From: Tubiluchus corallicola
Taxonomy: Eukaryota; Animalia; Priapulida
Reading direction: 5' to 3'
Length of the DNA: 64,000 nucleotides
Assembly (NCBI GenBank): GCA_030141605.1
Contig: JAQGDQ010000088.1
Coordinates: forward strand, 496,001 to 560,000
Part shown: one piece after another, positions 12,165-25,229 of the stretch
Position numbering within the stretch: the first letter of the stretch is position 1
How the letters are laid out: the number at the start of each line of letters is the position of its first letter
The notes under the pieces: model-generated
Database searches by the model: none
Told to the model about the DNA's origin: nothing
Seen by the model: only the letters and a program-made list of their open reading frames with translations
Program-made: the position numbers and the translations under genes

Positions 12165-14710
12165 CTGAAATAGAAAGTAAAGGTACAGTTTGTGGCATCG
12201 GTATGTGACTTTTACACAGGCTAATCGACTAAAAACGAAAAAAAAGAATGAAAAAACACTGCGATACATACATACACACGCACGCGTGCGCACAACACAC
12301 ATACACACATACACGCACAACGTACCGGTCACAAAATCCAAACCAGAATTTGTCATTACTCTTATACCGCGAATCGCGTGAAATAATGCGCAAATTCAGA
12401 CTCGAGAAATCCGCTGAAAGTAGTAGAACCGTCAGTAAAGAAAATGTTACACACGCATTGGCGCAAAAGTAACATCCGACTTCGTAATAATAAGAAAATT
12501 AACTATATGTATTGCGCTTTTGTTTTTTTCTGCTACAATAAACTGTAAACACATCTGGTGCAACTAGTCAGAAAAACTGTACTCAAAGAAATTTTAGCGG
12601 GATTTTTCTTGTTTGCGCCATGTAATTTATATTTAAAAATACGTCGCGGCAGACGACAACAGGCAGCACTACATTGGCGCAACAAACAAAAACCGTAGTG
12701 TCGCAATAATAACTATGCCAGCTGTAGAGCACAATTTTCCAGCACCCATAGCCTGCTGGTATATGAACAAAATTTAGACTGACACAACAAACAGTTTGCC
12801 TAAATTTTGTTTAAGACGGCTCAGCGCGAATGCAAAATTCTCTGATGCGAAGTTAGCGTATTCTACAGATTATACTTCTCTTTTACGTCACACGCAGTGT
12901 GTATTTTAAATCGTAAGTACTTTATCAATATGGTCAAAATACTGAGATAGTGAGAAAAAAGTCGTTGAGTTGATGCACAAACAATACGTGGGTATTCAAA
13001 ACGTGCTTACTGTGTAGCCTGAGTTTCTAGTAATCAACGGAAAACTGGCTAGGTTATACAGTTGACTTTGGCGAACAAACAGATACTATAAACCTTATTG
13101 CACTAGACATGTAAAAATCAGAATAGAAGGTTGCTATTTCTGCACCTCACCTCACCCATGAAGCAGAAAATTACGATGAATGCTATAAGCAGCCTTGTTT
13201 CAGGCCTTATACACCTGTCCTAACCCTAAGTTTTTTCTGTGGCTGATCTCCTTCCTCTGAACATTGAGTTGCGACGAAACACGAAATCAGACACACAAAC
13301 AAATTGCTTATTATCAATGTCAATTTAATCAGTTCAAGAAATCCTGCAAATTAAAAAGAATGGTAAAAGAATGTTAAAAATTTCTGAGCACCTGCTGACT
13401 ACTAAGATCGAATTTACGTCACTGTTGATTAATCGTGCCATTTTCTCGTGGAATCCATTCCAGCTTTGAGTGGCAACAGTTCAGTTCACTGAGCAGACAA
13501 CGTCTTTCAGCAATACTAGTAGGAAAACGCCTTTTCCGTTTTCAAGCTTTATAAGAAGTCGCAAACGAGGTCAAAAATTTCTCACGATCGAATAGCTTTT
13601 AACCTTGAGAGAGAGATTCACCAACAGGAGCAGGTTAAAGAAGATTTATTATCAGCTGATAATCAAATGAAGCAATTATGAGGAAGCCAGGGACGACAGC
13701 AAATTTCCTGAGCTTCTAACACGTGTGAAGTGCAAAAATAGTATCTCTTCTTTCGTCCGTCGCTGATAGACTTCTTCCCTTAATTCAGTTCTATATAGGC
13801 TAAGGAAGAATAATTCAAAAATCCTGTTCCGAGTCATACAGACACCGGGCAATTTCAAGTTAGTTCCTAATGAGAAAAGCGAGCTTTGTGTGGAAATCAT
13901 AGCAGCCAATTTCTAGAGCAAAAAGCTACAATACCCTGTTTCTTTGGTCAGAGAAAAGTGTCCATTATTATCACTTTCACGATTCAGAAGAATGTGATTA
14001 CACACAGGTGTTGAGCTCTAAAACTGATTGCGCAATTCACAAAGCTTGCGTAATTTCAAACCAAGATGATCACTAAAATCACTAAACATGCACATAGTAG
14101 TATAAGTACCTCCATTAAAATCAGAACCTTTTAGTTAACATGATTATTTGTTATTTACTGGTTAAATTTGATTATTAAACAACATTTTAACTGAAGTGAT
14201 TTACCTTCAATTAGGCCTGATCGAGTGATGTTCTTTCTTATTGTCAAAGTGCCAATAATATTTAATATTTAATCACAGAGGTGTTGTGTGATTTGTGCTA
14301 TTAGCCCGATGTAGTCTGCATAAAACAATCATAATCATTTTACAAGGTTTCTGATTGCATTCACCTTCAACGTGCTATATTTAACGATCTTTTGGAAGAA
14401 AATCAATGACATTCAAACATAATTCAAGAACGTACGCTGCAAAAGAAAAAAGCTCACGGACACTGTAACTTTTCCATTCTACAGTATCTTTGCGGAAAGC
14501 GAGACTCGTGAATGAATTTCGATTCCCAGATTCCCCGACTGTTAGTTCGGAAGTGCAGAGCAAAAAATACTTAGTTTAGTAGGAACATCGCGCAAGCGAT
14601 AAGGCATCTCGCCCAAACTATAGAAGCGATAAAATTGTAACAAATAGTGACTATATAAAGCCGAAACTGCAATGAACCGAAATTCTTTGCATAAGTTACT
14701 GAAACACCTA

Positions 14711-15347
14711 CAGGGCCGTCTTTTGCCTTTCGTAGGTCCTGTGCGCAGCAACCCACAGAGGAGGGGGCACCGGGGAGTGCACACAAGCGCTTTATACAAC
14801 GCCAGGCAGAAAATTTAACGCGAAGTTTTTACAAATAAGTTGCTCGAAAAATTTTGCTAATGTTCGAATCAGTGCAACGATGGACAGCCCGACATTCGAA
14901 GAAGAAGGAATCGAAGCTACAACGAAAAGGTTAAGAAAACAGTTTTTGATTCTTGCGTCTATGTCTTGCGCAAACGCAGGATGTGGACTTGGGTGCAGGT
15001 CTGTAAGTCCTAGCGGGAGGTGGTCGACCGCTGAGATGAAAAAGATTTGATAAAAAATGTCTTAATAAGCACGATGGGCCAGGAACGTCTTTCATCACTG
15101 GCCATTCCTAGCATTGAAAGAGACTTAGTACGTGACATGTCATTTGACAAAGTGATTCAAAAGTTTGCCGAAAAAAGTAAGAAGAGTTGAAGTTAGTTAG
15201 ACTGCAGATGGTGAACTCAATACGAAATAAATTTAGTTACCGCTCTTTCAACTTTTATATCTATTATTATTTTTATAACTTGTAATGACTTTCCCTTGAA
15301 ATTTTTTTTACTGTGTAACCTTTCGCACTCCCCAAAAGACGCACCTG
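14711..15347 (+). mobile_element. Non-autonomous hAT element with a remnant of the transposase C-terminal dimerisation domain
   Basis: TIRs CAGGGCCGTCTTTT / AAAAGACGCACCTG (12/14); degenerate 8-bp TSD AACACCTA / AATACGTA; internal STMGQERLSSLAIPSIERDLVRDMSFDKVIQKFAEK (~15068-15175). Confidence 0.8.
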
Positions 15348-16272
15348 AATACGTAAATACTTTTTCATACAAAACTACTAGGTGTTTTAATTTAATAATT
15401 ATAATGAATTTCTCAATGTCCGTCTATTGGGTATTTTGTATTTTTTTGTAAATTTGCTATTATCAAATTTTTTTGTAATCATGTATGTCTTTAATTTAGT
15501 TCTTAATGTTTGTTCATTGTGCATTATATTGTGTGAATTTTATCATTTTTCCAATTCATTTGTAAATAGTTTTAATTTAGTTTTAAGTGTATGCCACTAT
15601 TGCTTTTCTAAACTAGTTATAAACAAATTTTAATGTAAAGGTAAATATATTTTTAATTTCATGTTTATATTGTATTTAATATTTGTAGCAGCAAAAGAAT
15701 ATTAATAATAAGAAAAAATAATAAGAAAAATGTCATTTAGAGAAGCTGTTTCCATAATGGGGCAAGTGTTATAACTTACAGCAGCACTCACTACCCTCTC
15801 GTTCTTTAAAACGTCTGGGGGGGGGGCTGCAACTTCAACCACTTCCATGAGCAAAAACTGCATGGAGTCGAAACTCATTTACCCCATTGTTCTTCGTAGC
15901 CACTAACATAGTAAACTAAACTATCCCTTTTTAAACTGAATGAAACTGTGATAATAAACGCAAAGTATGTTTCATTTCAATAATCATTATAATTATGTAC
16001 AAGTTTGTTAAATGATCAGCTTATAATACGTGCCTGCATTCAAATTCATGGATAAATCAATTATCTGTATTTAGTTTGGTGGTAAGTCGATTAACTTTAA
16101 GCTAATTGCGAGTTGCAAGACTGAAGCCGCCCTACTTTTTTAAACAAAGTTAGCTCGGTATCATCGTACGGTATACAGCAGGAATAAATTTGCATGTGAT
16201 TACAGGGTTGAAACATCTCGGTTTTAGGAATATGAATTGTCAAAATATTTAAGCTGATTTCAACACGGTACA

Positions 16273-16479
16273 TATTAGGACCATGATATCCGATTATAAA
16301 AAATCTTTTTATAAGCACATTTTTTATTAATCGGATGGCAAAAAATCTGGTTATAATCACACTTTTTGATAATCGGAGGGCAAAAAACTGATTATAACCA
16401 GTTTTTTATAATCGAACAGAAAACGAAAAAAATCTGGTTATAGCCAGGTTTTTTATAATTGGATATAACGACCCTAATA
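16273..16479. mobile_element. MITE/foldback with ~30-bp TIRs and internal palindromic subrepeats
   Basis: TATTAGGACCATGATATCCGATTATAAAAAA vs reverse complement of the right end TATTAGGGTCGTTATATCCAATTATAAAAAA; repeated CTGGTTATA/ATAACCAG/TAATCGGA units. Confidence 0.7.
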
Positions 16480-17998
16480 CGCTTTCGTATGAATCAGCAA
16501 AAAACTTAAAAGTCTTCACCATGGCTGTGATAATATTCACAGGGTTGCTCCCGCAGTGACGGCTAACATATGGAAACCTCAACTAAGCATAAGAAAAGAA
16601 ATAGATGATGTCTGTTCAGCTACATGTCTTTATAATGGCAAGTATAGAGAATAAGTACCGTAAAATGCAAATAAACCCCCAGGTTGTTTTGATTGGCTTG
16701 TCCACGAACACCACGACTAAAACACATTGAAAAATAAAAAAACTCGACGAGATAGCGTAGCAGCAGTAACGAAATCTTCAATCCAATGAAAAAAAAAATT
16801 CTACAAGTACGCACTTGTGTTAGAGTAAAAGAAAAACGAAGCGGAGTGATCTTAACTCTACTGTAATTGCAGTTTCAAATTTCGAACGAGGAGTCCACAA
16901 AATTGTCAGAAAAAACCAGTAAACTGTTATGTGCGTGTTATGACAGCTTGTTGTTTCAGCTGTTTGGCAAGACGAAAAATTTAATCAATGTTCAAGAGTT
17001 CGTCGAGAGATTCTGTCGTTTTTTTGCCACATGGAATTATTTTCATTGGTGGTGCGCAGTGTCAAGATTTCATCAATCATTCCAATTGGTTTTAAATAGA
17101 GAATAAAAATACTGAAACGGCATAGATCCATTTAAATTAGGAGATTAACTGTCAATAAAGTCTCGAGACTCTTCCTCAAGAAACTTGCAGTCTTACAGTT
17201 TTAGTAAAGGAAATAAAGAGGGTCCTGTGTTATAATGTATAAGTTACTGCAAGAAACTTTCATTAACCAGATCCAATCTTATCACCGGGGTTATGAAGGT
17301 TGTTGGCAATAAAAAAATTCATTTCTACGAACTTCTTCTACAACTTTGTGGCACCTAAACGTATGTCTTGCAACTTTCCAAAGATCCACATTAGGGGACA
17401 TAACTGGAACTCCGGTCCCTCTCTTGTTTTCCTTTTCTTTCAGATCCACTCAACTAAGCGTGAAAGTCTAGCTGAGTCTAGTTCATCTCATTCCAACTTT
17501 ACTCATATATCAACTCACTTATCATACATCTCTTTACTAGATACTCAGTTTGCTTGATTGGTCAATGTGCATGAAAACAGCAATGCCAACGCCGCTTTTA
17601 CCTTTTTGATCTTTAACTTATCAACACACGCTTTTACAAAACTTCTTTGTCACAGTGTCACAGTTGTCTTTGTCATGTTAATTATTTAATTAGTTACCAT
17701 TGCCTGTTGACTAATTAGGAAGTATACAGGCAGATACAAGTGTGTTGAAACAAGGTACACAAGTATATCAAGGCAAAAGCAAATGTATAGATGTGCCCAG
17801 ACCGGTAAGGACAAATCCAGATGTGGTGAAACAGGTCTGTAAAAGACAGACTTGCCTTATAGCTTTATAACAGAGGTACCAGACAAACAATAAGCAGTTT
17901 TCAATAAAAAGTAATGTAAAATTAGTGTTAAATACCTCACATTAGTTAATTATTATCATTTTGACTATTCTAAAAATGTTACACAGTTGCACACTAAC

Positions 17999-18121
17999 CA
18001 AGTGTTGGACATTCCCTCTCATCCCAGTCCATGAAACAATTGACAAAACCATTGCAGACTAGCGTTTTATTGATGCAGATACCACCGCCACAATCGAATT
18101 CCATTTTTAGATTGCACATGC
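17999..18121 (-). CDS. Neto: Neto-like LDL-receptor class A exon
   Basis: TTTTTATAG|GC ... TTG|GTTAGT; CNLKMEFDCGGGICINKTLVCNGFVNCFMDWDEREC (6 Cys, acidic D.DE motif). Confidence 0.9.
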
Positions 18122-20227
18122 CTATAAAAAATAGGGTATAGACTAGAGAGACGAAGTAGCAGAACAACAGCAGCCGAGGAAAGGATAATAGCGATAACAG
18201 TAGTAACTGTAACTGCTGCAAAAACAATAGTACATAATTTGTTGTCTACAACGTCGTTTTTATTTAAGCAGTAAAAGGTGTTTTAATACTTTTTCAAAAG
18301 CTTGCAAACGACAAAACATGACCAGGAAAGTGGTAACAATTTTTTAAGAAATATACATCACTCAAGACAAGTTTTCTCGTATTCATCATGACCTGCAAAA
18401 GTCATATACGTTTCACTGGGAAACTGGGCTGTAAGCCTAATCATTTTTTCTAAAACCAATGATGAGGCCAGCAGAAAAGCAACATAGGTGTTGTAAGATT
18501 GCTTTGTGTATGTTTCTTTGGATACGAATGCGGAATAATTTCTCTAAGGGTTTGAGAGTACCATCCACTGAACTCAAAAATACAGAATAAAATTTTAGTT
18601 TTGGACGCTGTAATATTTATAAGATTAAAAATAGTTTTAAGAAAATAATGTGTACATAACAGTCTATAACATTAATGCCCTACCTAAGCAAAATTAATTT
18701 AAAAACGTCACATTTCTTCTGCTTTCCAGTCTGCACAATTGTAAGCCTAATATTAACGATTTCATTCTAGGTTTTGAAATTGTAAAAGTTGTCTTCAAAA
18801 AATCCAATCTATTGAACTTACGAAAACTAGTTTGTTATTTACATGACTTAGCCCGCGTATTAGTGTCTAATACACGATCTACTGTAACCTGACGAAATTG
18901 TGATATGGGCTGTTTACACCAGGGTCTATTTTCAGCTTAGCCTGGGATTGTCACTGGAGATCCTTAAATAACCAAACATCATCTGCATGTTACTGCAATG
19001 TGTATAGTGCAGGGTTTCCAGGCTTTTCACAACATTACGTGTCTAACCAAACTGCAAGCCCGAACTGAATATTTGGGTCGAACGGTTGGATTAACTCTGA
19101 ATTAGAATAATAAAACGGAAGCAATGTAGGTTGCTTTGGTATGCATGTAGGCCTAATAAGTTAGTCCAACACGCTATATTGAATATATTATAAAACTATA
19201 AATGCTTGCAGATCATTAGAAATGCAATATCTCCTACGTAGAACTAGACATTCCATAGAATTGTGATCATTTAATTTATTTTGTATGTTAACTAGAGGCT
19301 ACGTTATATTCGAATGTTTTTAATCCACTAAGCAGAGTTGAAGTGGGCCACGTTACTTAGAGACGGTGTGTGTTAACGATACCTGCTACACAGGAGTAGA
19401 TATTACATTGTTAAGTGCTATTGACTTCAGTGATCCTGAAATACTACAACAAGTTGTAACATTTTAGTGATATTTCCTTGTGAGATTGTGAATTAGATAC
19501 GACTCCGTATGCCACATATGAGGATGTGAATTACATAAGCTCCTAACTTCAGACAACAAAATAAGCTTGCCCTACGCGACTGAAAATTCTGCCCATTTAT
19601 TCGTATTTTGGACGAAAAAATGTTCAGTGACACAAGTTGGTCTCCTTTGTGACCTGGGGTATAATGTATTTGATGCATTACAATGATACTAGTATTACAT
19701 TTTGAATTCTCCGAGGTTATGACTTACGCATAAAAATGCCTTGTTGCAAATTGTTATGGTTCAATAGTATTATAGTACCAAAGTTATTCAATGTGACAAA
19801 AAACTAGCTATTCAGTATTCACTATACTACACATGTAACTTTTAGAACATACCTATAAACAAATTTACTTACATATTTATTTTGTATAGCGATCATCTTG
19901 ATGTATTATACGTGTCGACAAAAAAATAATGATGGTAATTGCAATCGAATAATAAAATTAGTACCGACGAAATTATATTACACTAAGCTTACCCAAAATT
20001 TTAGTCCGGCTATTAGTAACGATGAAAATAACATTGTAATAATTAGGTGCACTGTAGCAAAAGTGACTGTAATATCTTGAAATATCTTGAAGGCGACTGT
20101 GCAGTAGAGATAGATAAACTGTTGTGTATTCAATTTAGTTAATTACAACAAGAACAGCAACAGTAAGAAGAAACGATATATGGCACTAGCAGCCCAGCAG
20201 CGTAAAAAATTATATAATTAAACTTAC

Positions 20228-20447
20228 CACTTCTGTACATGGTGAAACTTCCTTGAAACGAACTCCCTGGTTTGGAGTATAATCGTACAAACAGTCTATT
20301 ATACACGGATTTTATGTGGTGATTACTGAGTTTGCTGCAATGCCGCTTTTTTCGCAGAACATGTGTATTGCCGTCGTATGTCTCAAGGAAATTCTTGTGA
20401 CAATTTCCGTCGCTGAGCAATCTTACATAATCCAGCTTTAGATAAAT
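20228..20447 (-). CDS. Neto: Neto-like CUB2, C-terminal exon
   Basis: TTTTTTGATGCAG|ATT ... GTG|GTAAGT; IYLKLD...NCHKNFLETYDG...HCS...NRLFVRLYS...FQGSFTMY. Confidence 0.9.
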
Positions 20448-22675
20448 CTGCATCAAAAAAGGCAAATGCTTTTGATAAAAATGTTAACTTTTTTGTAACG
20501 ATCATTTTTTGTTGCGTCTTATAGGTCGTACCTCTGTGTAAAATAATCGTTAATTTACCTAATAAACCCTAGCTAAGAAACCACAGATACTGTTAGGTGT
20601 GTGCTGAATGGATGTCTTATTGTAATCAAATTTTTAAAGGGGTTTATCGCTTAAAATAGGGGTCAATGGCCAAATAGTAAAAAACTTCTTATGCACTTGT
20701 TTTTCGAATTCAAACTTATATTAGAAAGAAAAGTGATAAGGTCCTTTTGACGCGCATCAAAATACGTTGGAGTGTATACCAATGTATAACAAGAATTCTA
20801 ACTTCTAAATAGCGTGTCCTGACTAGAATTGTCCAAAACTGCATCTATATAAAAATTAATGCAAACAGCTAGTATTCAGTACATTTATCGAATGTAGGGG
20901 AAAATGGCGCGGGTAAAAAATAGCACGGTAAGAATGGCACAGGTAAAATGGGATAGGATTAGTGGACACAAATGGAAAAGCAGAAGAAAATGACACATGT
21001 TATTTTGATACAAATAATTTCTGTAATAGAACTAGAATGACATTAATCGATGATTGAGCATAATCCTCAATTATTTCCATGAACTAGGCCCTACGCGCGT
21101 AAATTTAAAATTTTTTGACATTAATTTTTTTCCACACTCAACAGCAGTAATATCTCTTTTGTCTATTCAGTGGCATAGCCTACAACTTACGGGCGCCATG
21201 AAAAATGTGAGGCAAATGATCCCAGATAGCATTCATTATTGAGCAGATGAAGCTGCAACTACTTGAAATTATTCCCAATTCACCAGAGACCAATAGACAA
21301 GGAAAGATTTTACAGCGTGGCCGCCGTGGCGGTTTAATATGTTTCATGCTCTTGTGATATAGCTCATTCATTGCTAAGAACATGTTTTATCCTTATCTAG
21401 GACGATTTAGAAAAAAATCTAATTTCAACAAAAGTAATAACATCATAATAATACAAAGCTTTGGTGCCTTCAACGTACTTGTGATCTTTCTTAGGTTTTC
21501 AATTCACTATAGCCAGAATTTAAAAATGTCAGCAATGTGTTTTTTAACAGCATTATTATAAAGGATATTTCTTGCATGATGTAATAATTTGGGGATTCCT
21601 TATATATGAAATCGTCTAGAAACAAGTTCGATTCCAAGTAATGGACAGACTCATCGACCTCGAGATTGTGTTCATCAAAAATCTAGCTCTGCCAATACAT
21701 GCGAAATTTGTTCTAGTATATTTATTTGCATGCTTAGGTTTGCCTTTAGGTTTTTAAGTTCTTTTTAGAAAATGCTATCAATACGGCCATTCATGATGAC
21801 AACTCGAAATCCGACTTCGTTAGTCGATGTTCCTATAAAGTTTCAGTAAGTTCCTATAAAGTTTCATGACGATCCGTTGGGAATTAGACATTTCTGAAAT
21901 GATATTATTACCACCATCTTGAATTTAAAATGGCTGATCAAAAAACCAACTCCGTCAATCGACGTGGAATTCATTCTAGTATATTCGTGGGAAATTTCTT
22001 GACATTTGTTGCAAATTCATTGAGGCTTAGGCTTTTTTTATAGGTCATCCCAACCAAAAAAACAGCAATCTAAAGAGTAGGGATTTGGCCCGAAGCAACT
22101 GTTACAGTTTTAGGATCAGATGTGACAGTGAGAAACCGTGTATAGAAGTGAATATGGATTTTTCAGGATAAAAGGTCAATGTTATGGCTACATTTATGGC
22201 TTTGAAACATGAAAAAAAAATTGATAACTGCTAGTCCTTTCCATCAGTCACTGATTATAGTTGCATGATTGGTCTACCTCTTTTTGCATCCCAGAACGGG
22301 ATGTCGAGTACTTGCTTGCATTGTTGTCCTTGTTCTTGTGGATAGTTTGTTTTGCAGTTACAGATGATAGGTCACTGTTTGTTGGTTCAACACTGAGTGC
22401 TGCATTCTGGAATGCTAGACCTACTTCAGCTTGTTGGTAAAGATTTTTTAGTAAGAAAGTAATAGCAATTGTAGTTGATTCTTGAAATTCTTCAAGCTTA
22501 AAAAGCAAGCTTTAATCAAAGAGGTAACCAGCTCAAGAGTTTTTCTACAGCAAAAGGTTTGTAAAACAACACAAAAGGCAATACAGTTTAGCTGTGATTC
22601 ATTTGCCCGTGCATAAATAGAAAATAACTACTACTGTTTGGGCGTTTTTTACTGTTTTTACCAAATCTTAGTTAC

Positions 22676-22815
22676 ATTATATCCAACGGGAACTTGTATA
22701 TCCCATCCGCAGTCTAATGGCACGTTGTATTTTTTTGAAAATTCCACGAAATATGAGTGCACTGTAGAGTTATTAATGTAACCCTCTTCCTTGCCCTCAA
22801 TCACAGTCACACAGT
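22676..22815 (-). CDS. Neto: Neto-like CUB2, N-terminal exon
   Basis: TTCTATTATAG|AC ... AAT|GTAACT; (D)CVTVIEGKEEGYINNSTVHSYFVEFSKKYNVPLDCGWDIQVPVGYN. Confidence 0.85.
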
Positions 22816-24525
22816 CTATAATAGAAAAAACAGGGTGTTTTAGAGAAAGGATTGGAGTGAATAGACTAATAAATGAATAAATTCTTCTAGATGAATGAAT
22901 TTATCTGGATGAATGATATCATCTAGGCTAATAAGTAAAGAAGATGTCTAGGATGAACTGATGTTCGGACTTCATTTAGAATTATTATGTAAAAATTTTT
23001 AATGAGGATCTGAGTGGAGCGCTGTAATCTCGTAAAAAATAAGCAATTTAGTCACAGTACTTTTCTGCCATTGATGGTAAACAAACAATAAATAGATACG
23101 AAATGATAAAAGCAACAAGAGATAATGGAAAAACATAGGCACACAAGAAGTAACAAAAAAAGAGAAAGTGCCGAGTGATAAAATAACAGAATGAATGAAG
23201 AAACAAAAAAGTAGTGCAGTTAAGTAAGTCAGTAATTAAAACTGCTAAAAAATTACGAACGATCGAATAGGTTAATTAAAGAAATTGAATGAAAACACTG
23301 GCAGTTGGATGTCCTATGGACGAACAAATGAAAGACAACAACAAACTGATATCTAAAGATTAGTGATTATAATGAGTGATACTGACGATTTGCTGGATCA
23401 TTGATTTCATTATTTTCCATCTGCATTTTTTTATGAAATTCCGGAACGTGACATATAAACTAATGGTGCCTTTCAGCTCTTTTGGGTTAAGTGATGTAAT
23501 ACTATAAATGATAATTGTGGTCTGCGTTACGCGAGTGGCGGAACGGAAATATGTTGCCGGGGTTGATGCGTTGATGGAGCAATGCATTAGCCAAAGTAAA
23601 GTTAGACGCAGTGTAATAGCCAACATTCGAAGAAATAAACAGTAAACTAAATGATCCACCTTCAAATATATGTACAAGCCTAGGAACCAATAAGCAACCA
23701 ACCACAACAAAAGAAACAAAAGAAAGAAAGAATGAAGTTGAGAAAAAAAAAAAATTGCAAGAAAAACAAAAGAAAAAACAAAGAAGCAAAAGTAAGAACA
23801 AGTAGGCGGTCATACTAAACCAAAAATAGAGTAAGCAAACGAAAAAAGGACCGATGAAATAGTCAATCTAACAAGTAGACAGATGAGATGGACACTGGAC
23901 AAACGAATAGATAGAAGACATCTGACATACAAGCGTTCAGCTAAAAACGTTTAATGTGAAAAATAAACAAATTTCATGTGTAAACAGCAAACGCGATTTT
24001 TTTATTATATCCGCTATAGCGTTATACACATTGTTATTCTGCTCATTGTGCTAATTATAATGATTATACATGTAATTTGTTTTTGTGCTGATGATTTTCC
24101 GTGTCATAGCGTTTAAGGAAAACGCTAAAGACCCGTTTTTATTTCAAGACTGCAAAGCACTATGAATTCGGTCTAGGTACTAAGCACTTAGAGACATGAG
24201 CCTTTTCAAAGTCATTAATCGTCCACATTTCACCAGAATTTTTAAATCCGTCTCATCCCGTATGGATCTGAAAACTAATTCCGCTCCTGTTATCGATTGC
24301 AATGAAATCAATGCGGCAGGGGCAGCGGGAGGAAAGGTTTCGATTTAGACGTCGGATAAACGTATTATAGACGTATTTATTGTGTAACCAATACACAACT
24401 TTTTACACCAGATTTCAAAGGTGCCTAAAATCTAAAGCATGTAACTCGATACACCTGCATTAACTTAGCCTTTATATTGTATATATTTATGTCTGTCTAT
24501 ATTATTGATAGATAAACCTACTTAC

Positions 24526-24552
24526 CATCCATTGGACGCATACTTTCTTTAT
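24526..24552 (-). CDS. Neto: Neto-like 27-nt micro-exon (CUB1-CUB2 linker)
   Basis: TTTGTTCCAG|ATAAAGAAAGTATGCGTCCAATGGATG|GTAAGT; phase 1-1, encodes (Y)KESMRPMD. Confidence 0.6.
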
Positions 24553-25229
24553 CTGGAACAAACAAATGGCAGTTAATTAAGTGTGCTGAAAGGTTCGCTA
24601 GAAGACTAAGCTATCGTTGACCAGCCGCGCGCGCTAAAAAGCTGACAAGGAAATGGGCGCAAAAACCATTTTTAGTGACATGCACAGTTTACATGTTCAG
24701 CATACACACTTTAGTTTTTAACATTGATTTTCATACTATACTGTGCAGTAATGATTTCATCAAAATCTTACATTCATTAGCGTAGGATAAATTTTAGTAT
24801 GTTAACTGTGGTATATGAGCATCAGATAAACTTGCCAGGCTGCGACTAACCATTATAACGCATCTGCATTTTAGGATTGTAAAATTATGAATTTACAACC
24901 CAGTGTTTTTACTCCAAACAAGCTAATTTGGATAAAAACAAAAAATTACACTTTTGAGAAATGACAGTAATTTTACGATTAAGTCTCTAATATCATCAGT
25001 ACGTCGTAAAGACTACTAGGGTTCTCTAAGGCACATGTCTAACTGCAAACTAACGTGGACGTTACTGGCCTCGCCATCATAAACTGTTACAAAACTAAAA
25101 TTTACATTTGAAGGCAACAAAAATTTTCTCCACGAAGCTGAAAGTTCACATACAAAAAACTACTAGCGCGGATATTTTCTCATCTCTTAAAATGTTATTA
25201 GCCTTTTGTGATTTGGTGCTGACGGCGAT

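Noticed and set aside
12165-12228. Upstream extension of the TM exon (ORF start at 12198; acceptors at 12229 and 12221)
   Set aside because: Wrong phase for the LDLa exon donor; the acceptor at 12165-12166 is stronger and in phase.
13300-14700. Coding-like, slightly GC-richer stretch that might be a decayed transposase
   Set aside because: No motif I could recognise with confidence; needs a translated search.
22248-22508. 86-aa minus-strand ORF in a Neto intron
   Set aside because: No CUB similarity, and the flanking exons already join in frame without it.
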